From the sequence record SRR31156797_2095: 20,000 nucleotides of DNA. One strand, written 5' to 3'. The notes beneath the pieces are model-generated. The model saw nothing but the letters and a program-made list of their open reading frames with translations. It made no database searches and was not told the origin of the DNA. This document shows positions 9,134 through 17,599 of this stretch, piece after piece (positions within the stretch are counted from its first letter, which is position 1; each line of letters opens with the position of its first letter). The translations under genes were made by a program, and so were the position numbers.

Positions 9134-11542
9134 ATGTTTGAACTTTTTACAGATAGAGCCAGAAGAGTAATACTTTTTGCAAGAGAAGCTTCAGAGCGGC
9201 TTATGCAAACTTCTATAGATACAGAGCACATCCTGCTCGGGCTTCTACGGGAGCGTTCGGGGCTAGCCGCAGAGATTTTCAGCCGCAGAGGGATAGACGT
9301 GACCATGCTTATGAACGATGTCAAAGCGGTCAGCGAAAAGGGAACAAACCTTATGATAAAAGGGAGCCTCCCTTTCAGCCCAAACGGGAAAAGCGTTCTC
9401 GACTATTCCGTAGAGGAAGCTAAAGTTCTTAAAAATAAGTATGTAAATACTGAGCACATCCTGCTCGGACTACTCAGAGAGAAGAAAGGTAAATCATCAA
9501 TGCTCCTTTCAAAGCTCGGTTTCGACCTTGTTACACTGAGGGAAGAGATACAGAAACTTTCAAAAACATATTCGAAGAACACTGAACAGGCAGCGACACC
9601 TACCCTCGACGAATTCGGTCAGGATCTCACTAAAAAAGCGAGAGACGGAAAGCTCGACCCTGTTATCGGACGCAGTACAGAAATTACCCGCCTCATACAG
9701 ATTCTCGGAAGGCGTATAAAGAACAACGCTGTCATCATCGGCGAGCCAGGAGTTGGTAAAACAGCAATAGTAGAAGGACTTGCGCTCAAAATGGCATCCG
9801 ATGATGTTCCTGATTTCCTCAGAGACAAAAGACTCTTCTCACTTGAACTAGGCAATGTAGTAGCCGGAACAAAATACCGTGGTCAGTTCGAAGAGCGGAT
9901 GAAGAACCTTATAAAAGAGATAGAGACTGACGGAAACGTCATTGTTTTCATAGACGAGATTCACACCATTGTCGGCGCTGGTGCTGCGGAGGGGTCTATT
10001 GACGCTTCTAACATGCTTAAGCCTGCACTCGCCAGAGGTGTTTTCCAGTGTATCGGTGCTACAACCCTCAGCGAATTCCGTAAGAATTTCGAAAAGGACG
10101 GCGCACTTAACAGGAGATTCCAAACCATCCCTGTCGATCAGCCGGATGCGGACGAGACTGTACTTATCCTAGACGGCATCAAGCGTTTCTATGAGGATTT
10201 CCATAAGGTGCTCATACCTCACGATGTTCTCGAAGAGATAGCAAGGCTCACAGACAGATATATAACCGATAAATTCCAGCCGGACAAGAGTATCGACGTC
10301 TTAGACGAGGCTTGCTCAAGGCTGAAACTCGCAACACGCACTATGCCGGACGACATGGTTCGTATAAAAGATAAGCTCAATCATCTCAAAGAAGTGCGTG
10401 ACGAAAAGCTGCGTGCCAACGACTATGACAACATCCAGAAATATTCTAAGGATGTTGAGCGCTGGGCTAACAAGCTCTCCGTTACTCAGAAAGAGTGGGA
10501 AGAGGAACTTGACCTTAACTGGCCTAACCTCACCATAGACAATATCTCTGAGGTTGTGGCGCACATGACAGGCATCCCTCTCCAGAAACTTAAAACTGAC
10601 GATATGGCTAGAATATCTAATGTTGATAGCGATATAAAAGAATTCATCATCGGACAGGATGAAGCTGTTGACGCTCTCGCCAGATCTATAAAGAGAAGCT
10701 TTGCAGGGCTTTCAAACCCAGCAAGACCGCTCGGTTCCTTCATATTTATGGGACCTACTGGTGTTGGTAAAACCGAAGTTGCTAAAAAACTTGCTGAGAT
10801 AGTATTCGGTTCCGAATCATCACTCATACGCATCGATATGACAGAATATATGGAGAGATTCAACTCTTCACGCCTTATAGGTGCTCCTCCGGGATACGTT
10901 GGCTATGAGGAAGGCGGAAAGCTCACTGAGCAGGTTCGCAGAAAACCTTACTCTGTTGTTCTTTTTGACGAGATCGAAAAAGCGCATCCGGAAGTGCTTA
11001 ACGTACTCCTCCAGATACTCGATGACGGTCATATAAATGACAGCCTCGGGCATAAAGTAAACTTTAAAAATACCATTATAATAATGACTTCTAACCTCGG
11101 AACAAAGCTGAGCCTAAATCAAAAGACAATGGGCTTTGATACTGGGGAGGATGAAGGTGACCTCATAGACTACGACACTTTCAGCTTTAACGCTCACAAA
11201 GAGCTTAAAGATAAGTTCCCTCCTGAATTTATTAACAGAGTAGACAACCTAGTTGTGTTCAAACCACTTGGTAAACCGGAGCTGAAATCTATCATCGACC
11301 TCCAGATTGACGAAATCAATGAGAGGCTAGAGATTGCCGGAAAGCACATTGAGATAGAGGAAGAGGTTAAAGATTACCTCGTAAGCGGCGAATACGACTA
11401 CAACTACGGTGCGAGACCTATCAAGAGGCTCCTGCAGGCGAAGGTTGAAGACCCGCTCAGCGAACTGATGCTCTCTGGTAAATTCGCTAAACGCAAAAAC
11501 CTTAAGGTGAAACTGGTAAAAGATGAAATCGTATTCAGATAA
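9134..11542 (+). CDS. clpC: ATP-dependent Clp protease ATP-binding subunit ClpC
   Basis: 802 aa; double Clp-N repeat ([11 protein letters not shown] x2), Walker A GEPGVGKT and GPTGVGKT, pore loops KYRG and GYVG, a short coiled-coil middle domain, and the ClpP-docking MGF loop. Confidence 0.92.
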   Translation: MFELFTDRARRVILFAREASERLMQTSIDTEHILLGLLRERSGLAAEIFSRRGIDVTMLMNDVKAVSEKGTNLMIKGSLPFSPNGKSVLDYSVEEAKVLKNKYVNTEHILLGLLREKKGKSSMLLSKLGFDLVTLREEIQKLSKTYSKNTEQAATPTLDEFGQDLTKKARDGKLDPVIGRSTEITRLIQILGRRIKNNAVIIGEPGVGKTAIVEGLALKMASDDVPDFLRDKRLFSLELGNVVAGTKYRGQFEERMKNLIKEIETDGNVIVFIDEIHTIVGAGAAEGSIDASNMLKPALARGVFQCIGATTLSEFRKNFEKDGALNRRFQTIPVDQPDADETVLILDGIKRFYEDFHKVLIPHDVLEEIARLTDRYITDKFQPDKSIDVLDEACSRLKLATRTMPDDMVRIKDKLNHLKEVRDEKLRANDYDNIQKYSKDVERWANKLSVTQKEWEEELDLNWPNLTIDNISEVVAHMTGIPLQKLKTDDMARISNVDSDIKEFIIGQDEAVDALARSIKRSFAGLSNPARPLGSFIFMGPTGVGKTEVAKKLAEIVFGSESSLIRIDMTEYMERFNSSRLIGAPPGYVGYEEGGKLTEQVRRKPYSVVLFDEIEKAHPEVLNVLLQILDDGHINDSLGHKVNFKNTIIIMTSNLGTKLSLNQKTMGFDTGEDEGDLIDYDTFSFNAHKELKDKFPPEFINRVDNLVVFKPLGKPELKSIIDLQIDEINERLEIAGKHIEIEEEVKDYLVSGEYDYNYGARPIKRLLQAKVEDPLSELMLSGKFAKRKNLKVKLVKDEIVFR

Positions 11543-12836
11543 ACGCATACTGATAGCTGGCGCTGGCGCCATAGGAAGTTTTTACGGCGGTTTCATGGCT
11601 AAGGCTGGATATGACGTTGAACTTCTCGCACGTGGCAAACACCTTACGGCTATGCAGAAAAGCGGTAAACTTACCATCAAAAGCTGGAAACATGGAAATC
11701 ACGAAATAGATGTAAATGCTGTGACTGAACCTACAGGTCAGTATGATATAATATTTTTCTGTGTAAAATCTCAAAACAGTATGGAGATGATCGGGCAGAT
11801 TAAGGACTCCCTTAAGCCTGACGGATGTGTTGTCTCATTTCAAAATGGGGTGGAAAACCCTGATATATTAGCTAAATTCTTCGGTAAAGAGCGCACTGTC
11901 GCCGCAAGCTTATTCATAGGTTTATCCATCGAGCCTGCCGGCACAGTTAATCACTCTGCAACAGGTGACTGCCACTTCGGCGGATGGAGCGAAGAATCTA
12001 AAAAGTTCGAGCCTATGCTTCTGGAAATCCTTAACAGCAGTGATATAAAGGCGAGTATCACTCCGGACGTGCACCATACAATATGGTATAAGCTCGTGTG
12101 GAATGTCGCTTATAACCCGCTTTCAGCACTCCTTAATAGTACCTGCGGTCCTATGATACACTCGGAAACCATCAACCCTCTGATAGAGAACATGGTTCGC
12201 GAAGTTGTAGCCGCCGCTAAAATGCACGGTGTCACCATAACCGAGGAGCAGTGGAGGGCTAAAATCGCACCACAGCCGTCCTTAGAAAAGTATAAGACAA
12301 GCATGCTGCAGGACATTGAAAACAACCGTAACCCCGAAATAGACGGGATTCTGGGACCTGTTGTCCGCACACATGAAGCGAACGGCGAGAAAGCTCCCTA
12401 CTGCGAAACAGTTTTCCGCTCACTTGAATTTAAATTCGGTTCACATTTCATACATTGCCCAAGGCTCACAGTTGATATGGTCGTCAGAAATGGCGACAAA
12501 ATATTACTCATCGAGAGGAAATATGAGCCATACGGATGGGCACTCCCCGGCGGATTTGTAGATTACGGTGAAACAGTAGAACATGCGTCACGCAGAGAGC
12601 TTATGGAAGAGACGGGAATAAGGGCTGACGAAATCACTATGCTAGGCGTGTATTCTGACCCTGAGCGTGATAAGAGAGGTCACACTGTATCAGTAGTTTA
12701 CCATACAAAAACTTCACAAAATCCTAAAGCTGGCGATGATGCCAAGAATGCTGTTTTCTACGATATAGCTAATCTACCATATGATATTGTTTTCGATCAC
12801 AAAAAAATTATTAACGACTACTTACTAAATTCATAA
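11523..12836 (+). CDS. panE: 2-dehydropantoate 2-reductase (PanE/ApbA family) fused to a C-terminal Nudix hydrolase
   Basis: N-terminal part has GAGAIG, FCVKS, FQNG, WYKLVWN, TSMLQDI and EIDGILG (ketopantoate reductase motifs). The C-terminal ~125 aa has a complete Nudix box GFVDYGETVEHASRRELMEETGI plus RDKRGHTVS and AGDDA. One uninterrupted frame, overlapping the clpC end by 20 nt. Confidence 0.85.
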   Translation: MKSYSDKRILIAGAGAIGSFYGGFMAKAGYDVELLARGKHLTAMQKSGKLTIKSWKHGNHEIDVNAVTEPTGQYDIIFFCVKSQNSMEMIGQIKDSLKPDGCVVSFQNGVENPDILAKFFGKERTVAASLFIGLSIEPAGTVNHSATGDCHFGGWSEESKKFEPMLLEILNSSDIKASITPDVHHTIWYKLVWNVAYNPLSALLNSTCGPMIHSETINPLIENMVREVVAAAKMHGVTITEEQWRAKIAPQPSLEKYKTSMLQDIENNRNPEIDGILGPVVRTHEANGEKAPYCETVFRSLEFKFGSHFIHCPRLTVDMVVRNGDKILLIERKYEPYGWALPGGFVDYGETVEHASRRELMEETGIRADEITMLGVYSDPERDKRGHTVSVVYHTKTSQNPKAGDDAKNAVFYDIANLPYDIVFDHKKIINDYLLNS

Positions 12837-12914
12837 ATACTAACAATAACTTTTCACATATTGGACTCTTGATTTTTCACTATTTTTTACGATATTATTA
12901 ACACGAGGGCTTTA

Positions 12915-13364
12915 ATGCAGAATAGGCAAGAAAACCGTAGAGAATACATGCGTGTGAAATCCACCCTCCATTTTTGTATCAGAGTTATAGAGAGTATCGA
13001 CGAAGAGACAGGCAGATACATCTATGGAAAGTGCTTTTGCACTAAGACTACTGATATTTCAATTGGTGGAATATGTACATCTCATAACGGGGACATCAAT
13101 GTCGGATTTGGGCTCGAAATATCTACACCGGAAAAAATGACAAAAGCAGAATGCCTAACGTGTGACAAAGCGTACTTACGAAACAACCCGCTTCCCCTCA
13201 CACCCATTTTCGGCTCTGTTGTGTGGATGACCAACGATAGATGTGGAATTAAATTTAATAATCTCAGCGTTAGAAATGAGAACATCCTCTCAAAGTATAT
13301 TTGGGAGGCACACCTTGACGGTGTCAGGAGCACAAAGGAGCAGAAAGCAAAACGAAAGTTCTAA
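12915..13364 (+). CDS. Stand-alone PilZ-domain (c-di-GMP-binding) protein, Cys-rich
   Basis: RxxxR (RREYMR) and DxSxGG (DISIGG) motifs, C-terminal VVW...CGIKF strand; GAGG SD upstream. Confidence 0.8.
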   Translation: MQNRQENRREYMRVKSTLHFCIRVIESIDEETGRYIYGKCFCTKTTDISIGGICTSHNGDINVGFGLEISTPEKMTKAECLTCDKAYLRNNPLPLTPIFGSVVWMTNDRCGIKFNNLSVRNENILSKYIWEAHLDGVRSTKEQKAKRKF

Positions 13365-13371
13365 TTACTCT

Positions 13372-13401
13372 TTGACTAGCGGGTGAACCTAAAGATATAC
13401 T
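13372..13401 (+). promoter_or_regulatory. Putative sigma70 promoter (likely leaderless transcript)
   Basis: TTGACT (13372-13377), 18 nt, TATACT (13396-13401); the GTG start is at 13408 and has no clear SD. Confidence 0.5.
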
Positions 13402-13407
13402 GGTATT

Positions 13408-13950
13408 GTGAATAAAGTATATCTTCTCTCTATTTTAATTCTGACCTTCATAATCTCAGGCTGCGCTATGACCGAACCTGAATACAGTATAGGTGCGGGC
13501 AGAAACGCCTATATTGAAAAAGATATGCTCGGAACCTACACAGGTGCGGGTCTCGTTAAAGGAGCCAGGGGTAATGTCCTTAAAACCTTCGAAGCTGAGA
13601 TGCTCGGCTACGAAGAGCAGGGTGTCATATACCTGCGGGAGACTTACCTATATAGCGACGGCAAAAAAACTGTCTCAACTTATCGTATAACACCAACCAG
13701 CAGCCCTTATAAATACTCCTGTGTACGCATCGAAGACCTTAACTCATGCTCTGTAAAACGTGCGGGCGGTACCATATCGCTTAAGATAAACTCTGTCGAT
13801 GCTAAGATGACAAGTGTCGATCTTGAGATGTTAAGTCAGGCTTTTCACTTCCTTAACGGTGATAAAATGATTAAACACACCTACTATAATAAACTTCTTT
13901 TCCTTCATGATATTGATGAAATTGTGCACTACACAAGAGTTTCACAATAA
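13408..13950 (+). CDS. Lipoprotein, DUF3833-like
   Basis: Signal peptide II with lipobox ISG-C; the pattern G.V.K.F...M.G......L.E...YSDG resembles DUF3833 (recalled from memory, not searched). Confidence 0.6.
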   Translation: MNKVYLLSILILTFIISGCAMTEPEYSIGAGRNAYIEKDMLGTYTGAGLVKGARGNVLKTFEAEMLGYEEQGVIYLRETYLYSDGKKTVSTYRITPTSSPYKYSCVRIEDLNSCSVKRAGGTISLKINSVDAKMTSVDLEMLSQAFHFLNGDKMIKHTYYNKLLFLHDIDEIVHYTRVSQ

Positions 13951-13986
13951 AACCACACTAATCGGACTTTTTTTATCTTTTTCATC

Positions 13987-14015
13987 TTGACTATTTTTAT
14001 TATCTAATATATTCT
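13987..14015 (+). promoter_or_regulatory. Putative sigma70 promoter of ahpC
   Basis: TTGACT (13987-13992), 17 nt, TATTCT (14010-14015); GGAGGA SD before the ATG at 14048. An inverted repeat TCTAA-N8-TTAGA straddles the -10. Confidence 0.55.
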
Positions 14016-14047
14016 TTAGAAAATAAAACATTACGGAGGATTCATAA

Positions 14048-14644
14048 ATGAGCCTAGTAACAAAAGCTGCACCAAAATTCGCAGCAGAAGCAGTAGTAAA
14101 CAAAGAGTTTAAGCAAGTTAGTCTTGAAGATTATAAAGGTAAGTGGGTTGTACTTTTCTTCTACCCGCTCGACTTCACATTTGTATGCCCGACAGAGATC
14201 ACAGCTCTCTCAGATGCATACGGTGAGTTCCAGAAGCGCGAATGCGAAGTTATCGGTGTTTCTACCGACTCTAAATTCAGCCACCTCGCTTGGATTAACA
14301 CTCCACGTACAGAAGGCGGTCTCGGCGCTATTAACTACCCACTCGTAGCAGACTTTACTAAATCAATCTCTGCTGACTACGGCGTTCTTCTCGAGCCTGG
14401 TATGGCTCTCCGAGGAACATTTATCATCGACCCTGAAGGTAATGTTCAGTTTGAACTTATCCACGATCTTGGTATCGGACGTAACGTTAACGAGATCCTC
14501 AGAAACCTTGACGCTCTTCAGTTCGTAAGAAAGCACGGCGAAGTTTGCCCTGCTGGCTGGACTCCAGGTAAAGAGACTATGGTTGCTGACCCTGAGAAGA
14601 TGAAAGATTACTATAAGAACAACCCGGAAGGCTGGGAGAAGTAA
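14048..14644 (+). CDS. ahpC: Typical 2-Cys peroxiredoxin (AhpC/Prx1)
   Basis: [13 protein letters not shown] peroxidatic motif, GGLG, GRN and the EVCPAGW resolving Cys. Confidence 0.95.
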   Translation: MSLVTKAAPKFAAEAVVNKEFKQVSLEDYKGKWVVLFFYPLDFTFVCPTEITALSDAYGEFQKRECEVIGVSTDSKFSHLAWINTPRTEGGLGAINYPLVADFTKSISADYGVLLEPGMALRGTFIIDPEGNVQFELIHDLGIGRNVNEILRNLDALQFVRKHGEVCPAGWTPGKETMVADPEKMKDYYKNNPEGWEK

Positions 14645-14711
14645 ATCGAATTGTTCAACACTTAGTTGTTGTAACTATATAGACACCACACACCACACCA
14701 CACAACGAAAT

Positions 14712-14743
14712 AAAGGGAGTTTCCGAAAGGGGCTCCCTTTTTT
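14712..14743 (+). terminator. Intrinsic terminator of ahpC
   Basis: AAAGGGAGTTTCC-GAAA-GGGGCTCCCTTT stem with a GNRA loop, running into a T6 tract. Confidence 0.9.
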
Positions 14744-14745
14744 CA

Positions 14746-14824
14746 TATGGTAGCACCACAGGCGAATCACAATACTGTGACCGTTATATCAAAGACCATG
14801 TCTTACGGCTCCCGCTGGTCGCTT
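14746..14824 (-). repeat. Dispersed multi-hairpin element, copy B (inverted)
   Basis: The reverse complement reads AAGCGACC-AGC-GGGAGCCGTAAGACATGGTC...GGTCACAGTATTGTGATTCGCCTGTGG-TGCTA-CCATA and aligns with copies A, C, D and E. Confidence 0.8.
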
Positions 14825-14842
14825 ACAGCAGTCACGCCCAGT

Positions 14843-14926
14843 ATCAGCGAACCAAAGGTAAGCGTAAAATAAGGCAGATAAGAATATATTCACAGTTTTG
14901 TGCTATGCCTCAAAGTGCTAACTTTG
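14843..14926 (+). repeat. Dispersed multi-hairpin element, copy C
   Basis: ATCAGCGAACC-AAA-GGTAAGCGTAAAATAAGG...TTCACAGTTTTGTGCTATGCCTCAAAGT-GCTA-ACTTTG. Confidence 0.8.
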
Positions 14927-14974
14927 CTATGCGTCAAAGTGCTAACTTTGCTGTGCCTCAAAGTGCTAACTTTG
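14901..14974 (+). repeat. 3 x 24-bp tandem repeat of the terminal hairpin of copy C
   Basis: TGCTATGCCTCAAAGTGCTAACTT at 14901, 14925 (one C>G) and 14949 (one A>G); ends flush with the stop codon at 14975. Confidence 0.95.
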
Positions 14975-15826
14975 TTAGATGAGCATAAGAGTGCTGAAAG
15001 ATATCAGAAGAAATATGCCGGCGTACTCTACAGCGCCGTAAACCTTTTCGTATCGACCGCTCATAGATAGAACAGACTTAAAAAAGTAAGTCGCTACTGC
15101 TACACCGGAAATAGTAAGCGCCATCCCCAGAGCCATAAAAAGTACAGCCATAAAGCCGGCGAAAGGCATCTCGTTGGAGAATGCGAACATAGTAAGAACC
15201 ATCGCACCGGGGCAAGGAACAAGACTAATCAGAAGTGCACTGGACAAGAATCCTCTATCGTGATTGTGAGAATGTTTATGTTTTCTCACTTTTTTGTAAA
15301 GCATTAACAGACCGATAAAAAGTATAGTCGCATACGATATATTAGAGAGGATCACTGATGCTGAGTCGAACCCGCCTGTCACTGAGCCTTTTATGATGTA
15401 ATAGATAACCGCCACAGAACCAAATGCAACAAATGCGTGACCAAAAGCGACCAATAGACCAAACAGGGCAGACTTTACCAATGCAGTCTGGCTGGAAAGA
15501 ACATAGCCTGAGACAAGTGTCTTAGCATGCCCAGGTCCTAGTGAATGAAAGGCGCCATAGGCGAAACTTAAAAACAGAAACATCAGATAGCTCACAGACA
15601 GCGGCTTGTCTTTAATCTTGTCAAATTCAGAAGTGATCTTACCTCTGATGAGCTTCTGCTTCTCAACCAGATAAACGTAAAAATCATTCTGTTTAACAAC
15701 CTCAGCCTTTGTCACCTCTGTAGGCTTCCCCCCTGAAAAGGGGTTATTCGGTTTTCCGCTTGTAAAAGGATTAGCTAAAGCAGTTGAAAACATTAATAAA
15801 ATTAAAAATACAATGAAAAGTCTCAT
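14975..15826 (-). CDS. RcnA/NicO-family nickel/cobalt (or zinc, ZevB-like) transporter
   Basis: HSLGPGHAKT motif, His-rich loop KHKHSHNHD, LVPCPGA motif, multiple hydrophobic helices and an N-terminal signal-like segment. Confidence 0.85.
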   Translation of the reverse strand: MRLFIVFLILLMFSTALANPFTSGKPNNPFSGGKPTEVTKAEVVKQNDFYVYLVEKQKLIRGKITSEFDKIKDKPLSVSYLMFLFLSFAYGAFHSLGPGHAKTLVSGYVLSSQTALVKSALFGLLVAFGHAFVAFGSVAVIYYIIKGSVTGGFDSASVILSNISYATILFIGLLMLYKKVRKHKHSHNHDRGFLSSALLISLVPCPGAMVLTMFAFSNEMPFAGFMAVLFMALGMALTISGVAVATYFFKSVLSMSGRYEKVYGAVEYAGIFLLISFSTLMLI

Positions 15827-16317
15827 TTCAGCTCCATATATTGCCTTCCGCCCAGATCGTCTACAATCTTCGCACCGACAGCCTTACTTATTGTTATATC
15901 AGAATAAAGCGTATCGTCATAATGATATATCTGCACATCTTTCCTGCACTTTTTGATTGGGATTTCCAGAGTGAATTTATAACTCACAAACCTCTTATCA
16001 GACAGAACCTCAAAGTTATCCACAGCCCGGACATCCATAAGCTCGTTACCGCAATAAGCTTTTAAGAAGTAATCGAATCCGCTAAGATTATCAAACATCC
16101 CGCTTTTAACTTTTTTCACTTCCATACCAATAAACTGCCTGTCGCCGTCTATGTCGAAATCAGCGTAAAAGATATTGCTGAACATCTCATCGAACTTCCA
16201 GCTGAGGTAAAGCTTATCCCCTCTGATCAAAACCTTAGAATCTATCCACACATGCGGATGTGCAAAAGATAGGCTGCTGATAAGAAATACCAGCAGCAGT
16301 AATATCATTTTCTTCAA
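15823..16317 (-). CDS. DUF1007-family periplasmic protein (ZevA-like metal-binding)
   Basis: Signal peptide ending SFA followed by HPHVWID; W.FDEMFS and DIDGD motifs; 4-nt ATGA overlap with the transporter gene. Confidence 0.8.
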   Translation of the reverse strand: MKKMILLLLVFLISSLSFAHPHVWIDSKVLIRGDKLYLSWKFDEMFSNIFYADFDIDGDRQFIGMEVKKVKSGMFDNLSGFDYFLKAYCGNELMDVRAVDNFEVLSDKRFVSYKFTLEIPIKKCRKDVQIYHYDDTLYSDITISKAVGAKIVDDLGGRQYMELK

Positions 16318-16354
16318 TTAGTCACCATATTTACACTCTTGAAGTGAGTCTTTA

Positions 16355-16900
16355 TCATTTAACTATCTTAGATATCTCTTTGAATTCAGGAGTACCCGCT
16401 TTGCCTAGCATCATAAAGAGAACGGCTTCTGCGCAAGTGATAACAGCTCCTGCTTTCTCCATCATTCCGATGGCGATCTCCCAGTTGAAATCTGACCTGC
16501 TGCAAACCGCATCAGCGGCTACGTGAACATTATAACCATCTTCAAGTAGGTCAAGAACAGTCTGAAGGACACAAACGTGAGACTCCATACCTGCTATAAC
16601 AACATTCTTTATACCCTTATCCTTAAGAGCCTGTTTGAATGATTCCTCGCCGCAGCAAGAGAAAGTAACCTTCTCAACATGCCCCTCTATTTCGCTGGCA
16701 AGCTCGCCAACGGTAGCACCGAGCCCTTTAGTGTACTGCTGAGTAGCAATAACTGGTACATCGAGCACGTTAGCACCTTTTACAAGCTTTGAAGTGTTTG
16801 CGAGCATATCAGCGTAAATGTCCTGATCCATAGCTACCACAAGCCTCTCCTGCACATCTATAACAACAACAGCAGTGTTCTCTTTCCCGATCTTAAACAT
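16355..16900 (-). CDS. Isochorismatase-family cysteine hydrolase (YcaC-like)
   Basis: Catalytic triad motifs IDVQE (D), EKVTFSC (K) and GMESHVCVLQT (C); GAGGTG SD. Confidence 0.9.
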   Translation of the reverse strand: MFKIGKENTAVVVIDVQERLVVAMDQDIYADMLANTSKLVKGANVLDVPVIATQQYTKGLGATVGELASEIEGHVEKVTFSCCGEESFKQALKDKGIKNVVIAGMESHVCVLQTVLDLLEDGYNVHVAADAVCSRSDFNWEIAIGMMEKAGAVITCAEAVLFMMLGKAGTPEFKEISKIVK

Positions 16901-16909
16901 ATGTCACCT

Positions 16910-17509
16910 CTATAGTTTTAATAACTCTTCGATCTTTTTAATATCATTTTCCCAGTCGATAAAGTGGTAAACCTGCATCCCTGCATCAGTGGCTCTTTCG
17001 ATATGCCCTGCGTTATCATCAACAAACAGCACATCAGAAGGCTCCTCGCCAAAATCAGCGCAAACCTCACCGAAAACCTCAGGATGCTTCTTCCCTTTGC
17101 CAAGATGATATGAATTATACACCTTTTCGAACTTAGGAAAAAATTTATGCTCTTCGTTGAAAACGTCAAGCCAGTTTGTCTGGTCGCTTAAAATACCTAA
17201 TCTATACCCTGCCCTGCCTATCTCTTCGATAAGTTCCAGCACAGGTTTTCTAATTACAAATCTATCAAAAATCTGCTGACGCATTTCATCAACAGTCATT
17301 TTAAAATCATATCTTTCAGAGAGTCCAGCCCAGAATTGCTCTTCTGTCGCTTTCCCATACATATATCCGGTGTTCCAGAGCACATCACAAGCATCATCGA
17401 AGAATTTCACAGGGGCTACTTTGTGATAGTTTGCAATATCGTTTAACCCTTTTTCCCACCCCTCTTCTGCTATAACTCCGCCGAAATCAAAAAACACAGC
17501 TTTAATCAT
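16910..17509 (-). CDS. HAD-family phosphatase (YihX-like, DxGG motif)
   Basis: FFDFGGVI motif I, LSD motif II, KKHPEVF motif III and FVDDN motif IV. The ATG at 17509 follows GGAGGAG and is preferred over 17521. Confidence 0.85.
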   Translation of the reverse strand: MIKAVFFDFGGVIAEEGWEKGLNDIANYHKVAPVKFFDDACDVLWNTGYMYGKATEEQFWAGLSERYDFKMTVDEMRQQIFDRFVIRKPVLELIEEIGRAGYRLGILSDQTNWLDVFNEEHKFFPKFEKVYNSYHLGKGKKHPEVFGEVCADFGEEPSDVLFVDDNAGHIERATDAGMQVYHFIDWENDIKKIEELLKL

Positions 17510-17564
17510 CAGCTCCTCCATGGTGTAAAGATACAGTATAAAATGTAAAGTTCAAAGAATGAAG

Positions 17565-17593
17565 TTGAAAAAGAGACGAGTGTGTCCTATTGT
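17565..17593 (+). promoter_or_regulatory. Putative sigma70 promoter of mnmA (likely leaderless transcript)
   Basis: TTGAAA (17565-17570), 17 nt, TATTGT (17588-17593); the ATG at 17600 has no SD. Confidence 0.45.
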
Positions 17594-17599
17594 GCCTGT

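Noticed and set aside
14746-14926. Integron attC site
   Set aside because: The ends read GGTAGC...GCTAAC, the reverse of the RYYYAAC...GTTRRRY arrangement. The flanking genes are housekeeping and no integrase is present.
14895-14969. CIRCE (HrcA) operator suggested by AGTGCTAA
   Set aside because: Only the right half-site is present, with no TTAGCACTC 9 nt upstream, and the position is at gene 3' ends rather than promoters.
14901-14974. CRISPR array
   Set aside because: The 24-bp units are contiguous with no spacers, and no cas genes are in the window.
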